Source: Armatimonadota bacterium
GTDB lineage: Bacteria > Armatimonadota > UBA5829
NCBI GenBank assembly: GCA_029907315.1
Contig: JARYME010000002.1
Location: 1,581 to 65,580, forward strand
DNA length: 64,000 nucleotides
Direction: 5' to 3'
In this document: piece by piece, positions 18,880 through 29,358 of the stretch
Layout: each line of letters starts with the position of its first letter
How positions within the stretch are numbered: the stretch's first letter is position 1
Notes under the pieces: generated by a model
The model's input: the letters and a program-made list of their open reading frames with translations, nothing else
Database searches by the model: none
What the model was told of the DNA's origin: nothing
Translations under genes and position numbers: made by a program

Positions 18880-20097
18880 ATGCCTAAGCTGGCGGCTTTG
18901 GGTGGTACGCCCGTTGCGGAAAACGGGATTCGTATCGAGTGGCCTGAGATTGGGCCCAAAGAGCGCGAAGCTGTTTTGGCCACTCTGGAACGCAGGGAGT
19001 GGTGCAGGCTTTGGTCGGCTGAGGACTCTGAGGCTTCAAAATTCGAGAGAGAATGGGCGCGCTATCACGACGCTCGCCACTGCGTGGCAGTGGCAAATGG
19101 CACAGTAGCGCTGATGTGCGCTTTTCGTGCTCTTGGGGTGTGGCATGGAGACGAGGTAATTGTGCCCTCGGTGACATTCGTAGCTACCGCCGATGCGGTT
19201 GGTCTGTGTGGGGCGATCCCTGTGTTCGTTGATGTTGATCCGGATACGTATCAGATAGATCCTGCGGCTGCAGAATCTGCAATCACCGACCGCACGAAAG
19301 CTATATGCGTCGTTCACTATGCTGGCTATCCGGCCGATCTTGATCGATTAAAGGAATTATCTGACCGCACTGGGCTGCCTGTGGTTGAGGACTGCGCGCA
19401 CGCTCACGGAACTGAATGGCGTGGACGCAAAGTTGGGGCGCACATAACATTAGGATGCTTCAGCTTTCAGCAGTCCAAAAGTCTTACGGCGGGTGAGGGT
19501 GGGGCGGTCATCACGGATTCCCAGGATCTTGCCGATCGTGTTTGGGCCATTCACAACGTCGGCCGCACTCGTGACGCAGCCCGTTATACACACTCTTCCC
19601 TCGGTGGCAATTTCAGGATGAGTGAGTGGGAGGCAACAATTCTCCGTTGCCAAATGGTCAGGTTGCAGGAGCAGACCGAACGTCGGATGAGAAGTGCCGA
19701 GTTAATAGCCGAAGGTTTGGCTCAGATAGACGGTTTGTCCTTGCTCAAACCCGATAGCCGCATTACACAGAGGGGGTTCTATTTCCTTATCATACGTTAT
19801 GATGCGACTAAGTGGGACGGCATCCACCGGGACGTTTTCCTAAGAGCGCTGCAAGCGGAAGGTATTCCCTGCGGGACCGCCTACGGTTGGCCGGTATATA
19901 AGAACCCAAGTTATGCCTCCGGTGGCGTGCCTCACAGGGTCATGGACTGTCCCAATGCTGAGCGGATTACGGCTGAAGAACAGATTGCCACATGGAATCA
20001 TCTTTTGCTTCACGTTCGCAACGCGATTCTATTGGTCGAGGCTTGCGCGAAAATCAGGGAGAATATCGACGAACTGCGCCGGCTTGCTCAGGGCTGA
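18880..20097 (+). CDS. DegT/DnrJ/EryC1/StrS PLP aminotransferase (AHBA-synthase-like)
   Basis: LAALGGTPV..WP, NGTVAL, EDCAHAHG, FSFQQSKSLTAGEGG, GGNFRMSE. Confidence 0.93.
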   Translation: MPKLAALGGTPVAENGIRIEWPEIGPKEREAVLATLERREWCRLWSAEDSEASKFEREWARYHDARHCVAVANGTVALMCAFRALGVWHGDEVIVPSVTFVATADAVGLCGAIPVFVDVDPDTYQIDPAAAESAITDRTKAICVVHYAGYPADLDRLKELSDRTGLPVVEDCAHAHGTEWRGRKVGAHITLGCFSFQQSKSLTAGEGGAVITDSQDLADRVWAIHNVGRTRDAARYTHSSLGGNFRMSEWEATILRCQMVRLQEQTERRMRSAELIAEGLAQIDGLSLLKPDSRITQRGFYFLIIRYDATKWDGIHRDVFLRALQAEGIPCGTAYGWPVYKNPSYASGGVPHRVMDCPNAERITAEEQIATWNHLLLHVRNAILLVEACAKIRENIDELRRLAQG

Positions 20098-20207
20098 GGC
20101 CGTTTCAACATCTTGGAAGGCTGCAAATTGATACCAATCTCCCGAAAATAATGTATAATGCAGTTGGCTGGTAATAGCCTTATCACCAGGTGGGAGGTGA
20201 ACTCCAA

Positions 20208-21026
20208 ATGAAAGGCGGTGGCAAGAACCGCGGTTTTACCCTCATCGAGTTGCTCGTGGTAATCGCGATAATCGCTGTGTTGGCGGGTATTCTTTTCCCG
20301 GTGTTCTTGCGTGCGCGCGAAACGGCTCGCCGCGGACAGTGTACCTCGAACCTAAAGCAAATAGGCTACGCTCTTTCGATGTATCGCGACGACTACGGCC
20401 GGATGCCGAGCATTTGGCATGCACAAGGAGGTGCGACGCTCGAACAGAATAACTTTTTCTTTGTAATCACGCGCTACATAGGCCAGAAAATCGAGCGGGA
20501 GAACAACGGGGCCGGAAACGCTTCGCGGTATACGGTCTACAAATGCCTGAGTGCGCCGTGGCTCAAACAGGATGTAACCCCTCGTTCTAACGAGAATAAC
20601 GGCCGCACTAATGTTGGCTTCGCCTACACGATGAATGAAACTGGTTGGCGGGTGACAAGCGGTCCGGTTATCCCGTGGGTCGGGTGCGGTTTGCGCGATT
20701 CGCAAGTCGCCATGCCTCACAAACTGATCTTCGTTGCCGAGGGCATGGGCTGGCAGTACTATGGTGTTGCTTATGGTGACGGCAAGATTATCGATAACGA
20801 AAATCCCACAGGTAACGACGGCTGGGTCAGTAATAATCCCCGCGCAGACGAAGACATTCCTCTATCTGATGGCCAGGTAGGCAGACACGGCGGCTCGCGA
20901 AGCAAAGTCTACAACATTCGCGTGAGCCACGGTGGAGGCGCGATGTGCCTTTTCTACGACGGCCACATCGAATGGCGAAACCGAACAAAAGGCATCAACT
21001 GGACTTCCAAACCCTGCTACTATTAG
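20208..21026 (+). CDS. Prepilin-type/DUF1559 H-X9-DG protein 2
   Basis: [33 protein letters not shown]-terminal [13 protein letters not shown]. Confidence 0.9.
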   Translation: MKGGGKNRGFTLIELLVVIAIIAVLAGILFPVFLRARETARRGQCTSNLKQIGYALSMYRDDYGRMPSIWHAQGGATLEQNNFFFVITRYIGQKIERENNGAGNASRYTVYKCLSAPWLKQDVTPRSNENNGRTNVGFAYTMNETGWRVTSGPVIPWVGCGLRDSQVAMPHKLIFVAEGMGWQYYGVAYGDGKIIDNENPTGNDGWVSNNPRADEDIPLSDGQVGRHGGSRSKVYNIRVSHGGGAMCLFYDGHIEWRNRTKGINWTSKPCYY

Positions 21027-21195
21027 TCGTTTGACACAAAGCACCTGGCATTGTCGCTAGGGTTGGAAGCGGAGACCACTACGTGTAGTTGTTCGTCTCG
21101 GTTTCGGAGATCCACGCTTGGTCACGCCTGCGCTAATGTCGAATCTTACAACCGCCTCGGACACTGCTCCGAACACTGTTCCCTCCGATCTTCGT

Positions 21196-21224
21196 TTGAC
21201 ACGGTTTGCTCGAGCGACTAGAAT
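21196..21224 (+). promoter_or_regulatory. Sigma70-type promoter of gap-pgk
   Basis: TTGACA-N17-TAGAAT. Confidence 0.65.
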
Positions 21225-21255
21225 AAATAGGCGCTCGTCCGCAAGATCTGGGTAG

Positions 21256-22338
<1,083 letters not shown>

Positions 22339-22406
22339 CTGGCCTCTTCTTGAGTGGTTACGTGAAGTTCGTTCCGACGGCTTGATCTGCGCGGAGGGTT
22401 ACTTGG

Positions 22407-23642
22407 ATGAATAAGAAAACCGTTAGAGATATTGACGTGCGAGGCAAGCGAGTTCTCGTTCGCGTCGACTTCAACGTGCCGCTTGATGCTGAACGCAACA
22501 TAACGGATGACAGAAGAATAGTTGCAGCTTTGCCGACCATCAAGTACCTCATAGAGCAGGGCGCGAAGGTTATTCTGATGTCTCACCTTGGTCGGCCCAA
22601 GCATGACGACACGGGCAAAGCTGACGCCGAATCTGTGAAGAAGTACAACCTCGACCCGGTTGCGAAGCGTCTGTCAGAGCTTATTGGTAAGCCGGTAAAG
22701 AAGCTCGATGACTGCATCGGCGAGGAAGTCAAAAAGGCTGTTGAAGCCATGTCAGACGGGGACGTTGTCCTTCTCGAGAACGTCCGTTTCTACAAGGCTG
22801 AGGAAAAGAACGATCCGGAGTTCGCTCGGCAACTGGCATCGCTCGGCGAAGTATATGTGAACGATGCCTTCGGCACGGCTCACAGAGCGCATGCTTCAAC
22901 AGAGGGCGTTGCACACATATTGCCTGGGGTCGCCGGCTTCCTAATGGAAAAGGAGCTGGATTACCTTGGGAAGGCTCTCGAAAACCCTGACAGGCCGTTT
23001 GTTGCGGTACTAGGCGGCGTCAAGGTTTCCGATAAGATCAAGGTGATCGACAACCTGTTGAACAAGGTAGATGCCCTGCTTATCGGGGGCGCTATGACGT
23101 ATACCTTCCTGAAGGCTCAGGGTTATAGTGTCGGCAATTCCATGGTGGATGTAGACGGACTAGCTTTGGCCAACCAAGCGCTTCAGAAAGCAAAGGAGCG
23201 CGGTGTTGAGCTGATGCTGCCGATCGACACAGTGGCAGTCGAACTTCCTGCTGACTTCGACATTCCGTCGGGTGTGCCGGCGGATGTGAATATCCAGATC
23301 GTTCCGTCCACTGCAATACCTGATGGCTATCGCGGACTCGATATAGGTCCTGAGACGGTAAAGCAGTACGGTGAAAAGATTAAGTCAGCTCGAACAGTGG
23401 TTTGGAACGGCCCAATGGGAGTGTTCGAGGATCCCAGATTTGCCAAGGGCACTTTGGGTATAGCCCAGGCTATGGCAGAATGCCAGGGAACCACTATTGT
23501 CGGCGGTGGAGATTCTGCTGCTGCTGTCGAACAACTTGGATACGCCGACAAAATAGACCACGTGTCAACTGGAGGCGGTGCTTCGCTGGAGTTTCTGGAG
23601 GGTAAGGAACTGCCGGGTGTAGCCATACTCCAGGACAAGTAG
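22407..23642 (+). CDS. pgk: Phosphoglycerate kinase
   Basis: [55 protein letters not shown]. Confidence 0.98.
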   Translation: MNKKTVRDIDVRGKRVLVRVDFNVPLDAERNITDDRRIVAALPTIKYLIEQGAKVILMSHLGRPKHDDTGKADAESVKKYNLDPVAKRLSELIGKPVKKLDDCIGEEVKKAVEAMSDGDVVLLENVRFYKAEEKNDPEFARQLASLGEVYVNDAFGTAHRAHASTEGVAHILPGVAGFLMEKELDYLGKALENPDRPFVAVLGGVKVSDKIKVIDNLLNKVDALLIGGAMTYTFLKAQGYSVGNSMVDVDGLALANQALQKAKERGVELMLPIDTVAVELPADFDIPSGVPADVNIQIVPSTAIPDGYRGLDIGPETVKQYGEKIKSARTVVWNGPMGVFEDPRFAKGTLGIAQAMAECQGTTIVGGGDSAAAVEQLGYADKIDHVSTGGGASLEFLEGKELPGVAILQDK

Positions 23643-23657
23643 ATCGCAGAATGCCGA

Positions 23658-23692
23658 GGGCAGCCCGTTGTCTGATGGGCTGCCCGTTTTTT
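23658..23692 (+). terminator. Intrinsic terminator-like hairpin after pgk
   Basis: GGGCAGCCC...GGGCTGCCC stem followed by GTTTTTT. Confidence 0.7.
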
Positions 23693-23745
23693 CAGATCAT
23701 TTCGTTCTCTTATAAAAATGCGAGAGGTGGTTATCTGGAGCAGCC

Positions 23746-24546
23746 ATGCAAAGACGACCGTTTATTGCTGGGAACTGGAAAATGAATAATACGGTGAGCC
23801 AGTCGCTCGCGTTGATAGACGAGTTGAAGCCGCTTGTCGCCGACGTGGACGCAGTTGACATTGCCGTATGTCCGACATTTGTATCGCTTGCGGCTGTTGG
23901 GGAACGGCTTAAAGGTTCCAACATCACCTTGGGTGCTCAATGTTGTTTCTGGAAATCTTCAGGTGCTTGGACAAGCCAGATCGCACCCGAGATGTTGGTA
24001 GATGTCGGTTGCAAATGGGTCATAATAGGACATTCCGAAACTCGGGGGCGGTTCGGTACCGTAGACGACGAGTTGGCCAGAGTACTCTCGTACTTCGGTG
24101 AAAACGACGAAACTGTTAACTTGAAGGCCAAAGCAGCATTTGCTGCTGGACTAACTCCTATCATCGCTTGTGGCGAGCTGCTGTCTGAACGAGAAGATGG
24201 CAAGACAGACGAAGTCATCAAGAGGCAGATTAACACCGACATAGCCGGTTTCACGAAGGAGCAAGCCTCGCGTATGGTTATTGCATACGAGCCTGTTTGG
24301 GCAATCGGCACGGGGCAAGTATGCGATGCCGTTGAGGCTGACCGGGTGTGCGGTCTCATCAGGCAAATTGTAGCCGATATGTATGGGAGTGACGTCGCTG
24401 AGTCGGTCCGTATCCAGTATGGGGGCAGCGTCAAACCCGACAATGCTCAGGAGCTTTTGCACAAGCCTAACATAGACGGTGCACTTGTTGGCGGAGCTTC
24501 ACTGAAAGCTGCAGATTTTGCCGCCATTGTAAGAGCCGCTCTGTAG
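23746..24546 (+). CDS. tpiA: Triosephosphate isomerase
   Basis: AGNWKMN, GHSE, AYEPVWAIGTG, YGGSVKPDN, DGALVGGASL. Confidence 0.97.
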   Translation: MQRRPFIAGNWKMNNTVSQSLALIDELKPLVADVDAVDIAVCPTFVSLAAVGERLKGSNITLGAQCCFWKSSGAWTSQIAPEMLVDVGCKWVIIGHSETRGRFGTVDDELARVLSYFGENDETVNLKAKAAFAAGLTPIIACGELLSEREDGKTDEVIKRQINTDIAGFTKEQASRMVIAYEPVWAIGTGQVCDAVEADRVCGLIRQIVADMYGSDVAESVRIQYGGSVKPDNAQELLHKPNIDGALVGGASLKAADFAAIVRAAL

Positions 24547-24571
24547 TTAGCTATTGCTGCGCAAAGCGGTG

Positions 24572-24612
24572 CGTGTCCCCTGTCTTCACCTGTGTGCTGG
24601 ACAGGGGACACG
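24572..24612 (+). terminator. 13-bp inverted repeat after tpiA
   Basis: CGTGTCCCCTGTC ... GACAGGGGACACG; the U-tract is weak. Confidence 0.5.
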
Positions 24613-24670
24613 GGATTTAATTAAGCATTTTCGGGCTGCTGTTTGCCGCAGAAGGCGAAGCAGGCATCGC

Positions 24671-25477
24671 ATGATTTACATCGGTACGTCTGGCTTCAGC
24701 TACGACGATTGGAAGGGTCACTTCTACCCTGCAGATCTTCCAAAGAAAGATATGCTCGCCTACTACTCCTCGCGGTTCAATTGCGTCGAGATTAATTCTA
24801 CATTTTATGTGATACCATCGCCGCGAACCTTTGTCAGTCTGGATCGTAGAACCCCAAGAGACTTTCACTTCACGGTTAAAGCACACAAGGATATGACCCA
24901 CGCCGAAGCGGTTGATCGTACTATCTTTGAGAACTTTCTCCAGGCAGTTCAGCCGGTCCGCGAATCCGGAAAGCTTGGGTGTGTGCTTGCTCAGTTTCCG
25001 TGGTCGTTTCGCCGAAGCGTCGAGAATATCGACAAGCTCAAATCATTCAGGGACATGCTTGCGGATGTGCCTGTAGTGGTCGAGTTTCGCAACTCTGAGT
25101 GGATCAAGGAAGACACTTTTGATTTGTTGAGAGAGCTTGACCTGGGTTTCTGTGCCGTAGACGAACCGAAGTTGAAAGGTTTGTTGCCTCCTGTGGCTGA
25201 GGCAACTTCTGCGATAGGCTATGTTCGCTTCCATGGCCGGAATGCGGCTAGATGGTGGCAGCATGAGGAATCTCACGAACGTTACGACTATCTCTACACG
25301 GAAGACGAACTCCGGGAGTGGGTTCCGAGAATCCAGCTGATCGCTTCCAAGACGGAGCGAACATACGTGTTCTTCAACAACCATTTTCAGGGTAAGTCCG
25401 TACGCAACGCGCAGATGCTGGCGAGGATGCTGAATCTTTCGCTGCCGCTTGATTCAGACCTGCTGGAATCTAGCTGA
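24671..25477 (+). CDS. DUF72 domain protein
   Basis: IGTSGFSY..W, VEINSTFY, VEFRN, YVRFHGRN, YDYLY, FFNNH. Confidence 0.93.
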   Translation: MIYIGTSGFSYDDWKGHFYPADLPKKDMLAYYSSRFNCVEINSTFYVIPSPRTFVSLDRRTPRDFHFTVKAHKDMTHAEAVDRTIFENFLQAVQPVRESGKLGCVLAQFPWSFRRSVENIDKLKSFRDMLADVPVVVEFRNSEWIKEDTFDLLRELDLGFCAVDEPKLKGLLPPVAEATSAIGYVRFHGRNAARWWQHEESHERYDYLYTEDELREWVPRIQLIASKTERTYVFFNNHFQGKSVRNAQMLARMLNLSLPLDSDLLESS

Positions 25478-25692
25478 GCCTCCTGTTGGATAAAGGGCCG
25501 AATATAAGGGTTGGTAATCAAATTTGCCGCGTGAGACTCCGATCCTGCTCATAACGTACGATCAGCGGGAAATGTCTTACAGATAGTATCCGTTTCGGAT
25601 CCGATAGGTCAATCTGAAGCTGCACAAACGTCGTGACGCTGACCTCATAGGATTCTTTTCTCGTACAACCGACAAGCAAGGAGGGCAAAGAA

Positions 25693-26637
25693 TTGACACG
25701 CAATGGTTTCTGTGTTTTGGGTGCAGCGGTTGCTTTACTGTTGACAACGGCAGCCGCTGTGGTAGCAGGGGAGACCAAGACAGACGCTGGTGGTGTCGAC
25801 GTAAAGACTGCGGTCGCCACTGAAAACTCTACTGTGTCTCTCGATGTTAAGGACAGTGATGTCAGACAGGTGTTCGAGTCGTTGGCGAAGCAGTCGAAGG
25901 CGAAGATCGTTCTGGAAAGTACGGTAAGAGGATCGGTAAGTTCGATTTCTGTGAACAATGTGTCCCTGGAATCCGCTCTCTCCGCAGTGTGCAAGTCTGC
26001 AAAGCTTCAATGGCGCAAAATTCTCATTTCTGAGAATTCCAAACTGCTCGAGCAGCCTGATCGCTTCGCCGCGACGGTGAGGTTGATGTCTGGTCTGGGA
26101 TTTCCCGATCTCATCATTGCAGCTTCGTCGACGGGACGTGTACAGGTGCACTTAGAGGAGGAGAAGTCCGTTCGCAGTGTTGGCAGTCTATCGAATTCGT
26201 TGGGCATGAAAGAGGTGTACCTCATAACCAACGACCAAGCAGTTGCCGCGAAAGCTGTTGCACAAGAGAAGGCGGATTCAGCAGCCAAGCCAGCGAAGTT
26301 TATACAGTTCTCCAAAGACCAGATGGATCTATTTATGCAGATGACGCCTGAGGAAAGAGAACAAGCGCTTATCTCGAGTCTGAATATGATGGATCAGATT
26401 GGTCCTGAGTACATGGCAGCAGTTATGGAGTCGCTTGCAAATGTAGATCCGACGTACGTGCGTGCTCTCGTCAGCAAACAAACGCAAATGATGTTCAGGC
26501 TTTCTCCAGAGCAGCGGCGAGCTATGATGAAGTTCAATATGGAAGTGATGAAAGAGCTTACACCGGAACAAATGAAGATCTTGCAAGAGGATGCTCTTGC
26601 GGTAATGCAAGAAATGCAAAGCGATGCTGGCAAATAG
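25693..26637 (+). CDS. Secreted protein with secretin/TonB short N-terminal (STN)-like domain and Met-rich helical C-terminus
   Basis: RBS GGAGG; signal peptide; VSLDVKDSDVRQVFESLAKQS...VSLESALSAVC pattern. Confidence 0.6.
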   Translation: MTRNGFCVLGAAVALLLTTAAAVVAGETKTDAGGVDVKTAVATENSTVSLDVKDSDVRQVFESLAKQSKAKIVLESTVRGSVSSISVNNVSLESALSAVCKSAKLQWRKILISENSKLLEQPDRFAATVRLMSGLGFPDLIIAASSTGRVQVHLEEEKSVRSVGSLSNSLGMKEVYLITNDQAVAAKAVAQEKADSAAKPAKFIQFSKDQMDLFMQMTPEEREQALISSLNMMDQIGPEYMAAVMESLANVDPTYVRALVSKQTQMMFRLSPEQRRAMMKFNMEVMKELTPEQMKILQEDALAVMQEMQSDAGK

Positions 26638-26857
26638 GTATGTCGGCGGGGCAGGTGTGTAAGCTCTGCGCTTAGCGAGCACGGCTCCTGACATGCTTTG
26701 ACGTGTCTGCGTCTCGCGTGGTTGGCGGATTGTTGTCAGGAGTGTTTCCGGCCCACGGACACAGCTGAACGTGCGAAGGAGCTTCCGATATTTACTGCGC
26801 CAGGCCAAACGGCCTGGCGCAGTATTCGTAAAGATCCTACGTCATGTCGGCTGGGGA

Positions 26858-27955
26858 TTATTTCTTCTTCGGCTGATATTGCGGCTCATTGGGTCTGGGC
26901 AGTCGCTCTTCGACTGGCGGAAGCGGCGGGCCGCCCCTTTTCGGCTTCGAAAGATAGTAATATGCGGTGCTCGAATAATCGTTTGATAGTTTGTTCGCGT
27001 GACCATGTTCGATGGTCACGCGAATGCTCTTTCGAAATCTTATTGGATCTTCGATGTGGTAGCGGTAAACCGTGTTCTTACCTTTCCACCGCCACTCGTC
27101 GTTGCCTGAGTAGAGTATTACACCGTGGTAAGGGGCATTGTATTCCTGGGTCGGACAATAGGCGCAGTGGAACCAGTCTTCCGTGCCGGTTCCATGCAGA
27201 CTTGGCGGCCACTCCTCGCCGTCGATGAATATCATATCGTCGCCTTCGCCGTACCAGTCGTTGGGATTTCTTTGGAAGCAGTCAATGTCCAGGTGGGCGC
27301 CACAGTATATGCCGTCACCTTCGACCTCGCAGATAACATAGTTGTGCTCGCCGGAAGTGTTGAAAAACCTAGGATCCTCTTGTATTGAGCGATCGGCATA
27401 ACTCTTTCCCTCTTCGAACGCCCAACCTTTCGTATCCGCCTCTCTCCTCCATTGAACATGGAAATACGCCAGGTCCTTCACGGCCTCTACAGACGGATAC
27501 AACTCGTAGTCGATGTAGAAATAGTGGGCGTAGTCTTCCGGTCCTTGGTTTTCTACTTCTATGATTGCTCTTTCCTTGAATGGCATAGGCCACCAGCTGT
27601 TAAACCCCTTCCCATTTTGCGGGCTCATTTGCAGGGGAAGCGTTATGAAGTTCTTGCGCATGCCGTGGCCCAAACCAAAGAAATCTCCAATAGGGCATTC
27701 GACACTCGGCTCAGGACAATTGTCCCAATACATCCGAAGGACGATACGTCGACAATAATCTTCGCTTTTGATGCCGAGGGTCATCCAGATGTGCTTAATA
27801 CAGCCCGGACCTTGGATATCGGCAAGCACCCTCTTCTCACCTGGTTGTATGCGCCATGCGTCGGCATTACCTCCTCTTGTGTCATAGCTCGATATGCGCT
27901 TACTGACGTAATCCCTTAGCTTGGGCAGAGATGCCAAACTGGTTTGGCCGATCAC
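26858..27955 (-). CDS. DUF2961 / GH172 family glycoside hydrolase
   Basis: SSYDTRGGNAD, GPGCIKHIWMT, P.GDFFG, WYGEGDDMIFIDGE, GTGTEDWF, YRYHIEDPI; RBS AAGGAGG before GTG 27955. Confidence 0.88.
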   Translation of the reverse strand: MIGQTSLASLPKLRDYVSKRISSYDTRGGNADAWRIQPGEKRVLADIQGPGCIKHIWMTLGIKSEDYCRRIVLRMYWDNCPEPSVECPIGDFFGLGHGMRKNFITLPLQMSPQNGKGFNSWWPMPFKERAIIEVENQGPEDYAHYFYIDYELYPSVEAVKDLAYFHVQWRREADTKGWAFEEGKSYADRSIQEDPRFFNTSGEHNYVICEVEGDGIYCGAHLDIDCFQRNPNDWYGEGDDMIFIDGEEWPPSLHGTGTEDWFHCAYCPTQEYNAPYHGVILYSGNDEWRWKGKNTVYRYHIEDPIRFRKSIRVTIEHGHANKLSNDYSSTAYYYLSKPKRGGPPLPPVEERLPRPNEPQYQPKKK

Positions 27956-28111
27956 TTCTTCTGTTACCTCCTTGCGAAATTGTTTAACACTGTAATTCCC
28001 GGCAAAGCGGTTCAAAGTTTCATTATGCGGATGTGGTGGTACATCCTCCAAAGACGCTATTGACAGTGAGCTTGAAAACCGTCTAAACTGCAGCGTGTTG
28101 GCTTAGCAGCG

Positions 28112-28687
28112 ATGGACAAACTCAGTCGCGATTTCTACTTGGCGGACACGATCGAAGTAGCCGTCAAGCTTCTAGGCAAGATTCTCGTACACCGAATCGA
28201 CCAGTGTGAGATCTCCGGACGAATTGTTGAAACTGAGGCATATCTGCGGGATGATCCTGCCTGCCACGCTAGTAGAGGAATGACCGCGCGAAATGCGGCC
28301 ATGTTTGGAGAGCCAGGGCACGCCTATGTGTATGCAACTTACGGTAACCACTACTGTCTGAACGTGGTTACACAGCCGGTTGGTGTGCCTGAAGCGGTTC
28401 TTATAAGGGCGGTAATTCCTTTGAGCGGTGTAGAAATCATGCAGGCAAAGAGGAATAGGACGCGCTTGCAAGATCTCTGCAGTGGTCCGGCGAAGTTAAC
28501 TCAAGCTATGGGTATCACCCTTGAACTCAACGGGATAGACTTGTTGGGAGACCGATTGTTTATCGCCGATGATGGAACGGATGTCGGTCCTGTGGTTTCG
28601 AGACCTCGCATAGGCATTCGTGTTGCTACAGAGAAGCTGTGGCGGTTCTATCCGGTTAAGTTTGCTCAGTGGGTCTCGAAGCGGTAG
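28112..28687 (+). CDS. DNA-3-methyladenine glycosylase (MPG/AAG family)
   Basis: GRIVETEAY, DPACHA, GHAYVY..YG, AVLIRA, SGPAKL, RIGI. Confidence 0.95.
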   Translation: MDKLSRDFYLADTIEVAVKLLGKILVHRIDQCEISGRIVETEAYLRDDPACHASRGMTARNAAMFGEPGHAYVYATYGNHYCLNVVTQPVGVPEAVLIRAVIPLSGVEIMQAKRNRTRLQDLCSGPAKLTQAMGITLELNGIDLLGDRLFIADDGTDVGPVVSRPRIGIRVATEKLWRFYPVKFAQWVSKR

Positions 28688-28750
28688 ATTGGATTTGGAT
28701 ACCTGAAACTCTGCGATTTACTATCTGACCACATGTGAGGACCTGGTGCT

Positions 28751-29122
28751 ATGGATGATTTCCTGGACAGTCTCAAATACGACGGCAACGGCTTGGTTGC
28801 GGCAGTTATACAAGACTATCGGAACGGCGAAGTTTTAATGGTTGGATGGATGAACCGGGAGGCCGTCAGAAGAACCCTAACTTCAGGAAGAACCTGCTTT
28901 TGGAGTAGGTCGAGACAACAATACTGGGTCAAAGGCGAGAGCTCCGGCAACATTCAGCAGGTAAAAGCGGTCTACGTCGACTGCGACAAAGACGCCCTCT
29001 TGATAAAGGTAGACCAGACCGGGGCGGCTTGTCACGAAGGATATCGTAGCTGTTTCTTCCGCGAGGTCGACTCAGAGGGCCACGAAACAGTAGTGGGGGA
29101 AAAGCTGACAGACTCCTACTAG
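28751..29122 (+). CDS. hisI: Phosphoribosyl-AMP cyclohydrolase
   Basis: WSRSRQ..WVKGESSG, DCDKDALL, ACHEGYRSCF. Confidence 0.96.
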   Translation: MDDFLDSLKYDGNGLVAAVIQDYRNGEVLMVGWMNREAVRRTLTSGRTCFWSRSRQQYWVKGESSGNIQQVKAVYVDCDKDALLIKVDQTGAACHEGYRSCFFREVDSEGHETVVGEKLTDSY

Positions 29123-29358
29123 GCATCGTCAAGCCTCAGGAGTTTACTGCTTGAAGTCTTGCTGCGAGGCGCGCGCAATTGGGAGCACGTCTGGTGAGGC
29201 AAAAGAACCGCGCGTAATCGATCGGAGCTTTTGCGGCGCAACTAACCTTATGGGGTGGGGGTATCTTCTAGTATTCGGCTTCCTCAAAGGGAACCTTTGC
29301 GATATAATTCTCGTTAATACCGTAAAAACCCAAAGAAGCGAGTCAAGGCGAGGTAGAA

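Noticed and set aside
29123..29358. Purine riboswitch upstream of guaB
   Set aside because: No TATAAT..GATATGG..GTTTCTACC..CCGTAAA..GACTA core could be assembled; TATAAT here is more likely the -10.
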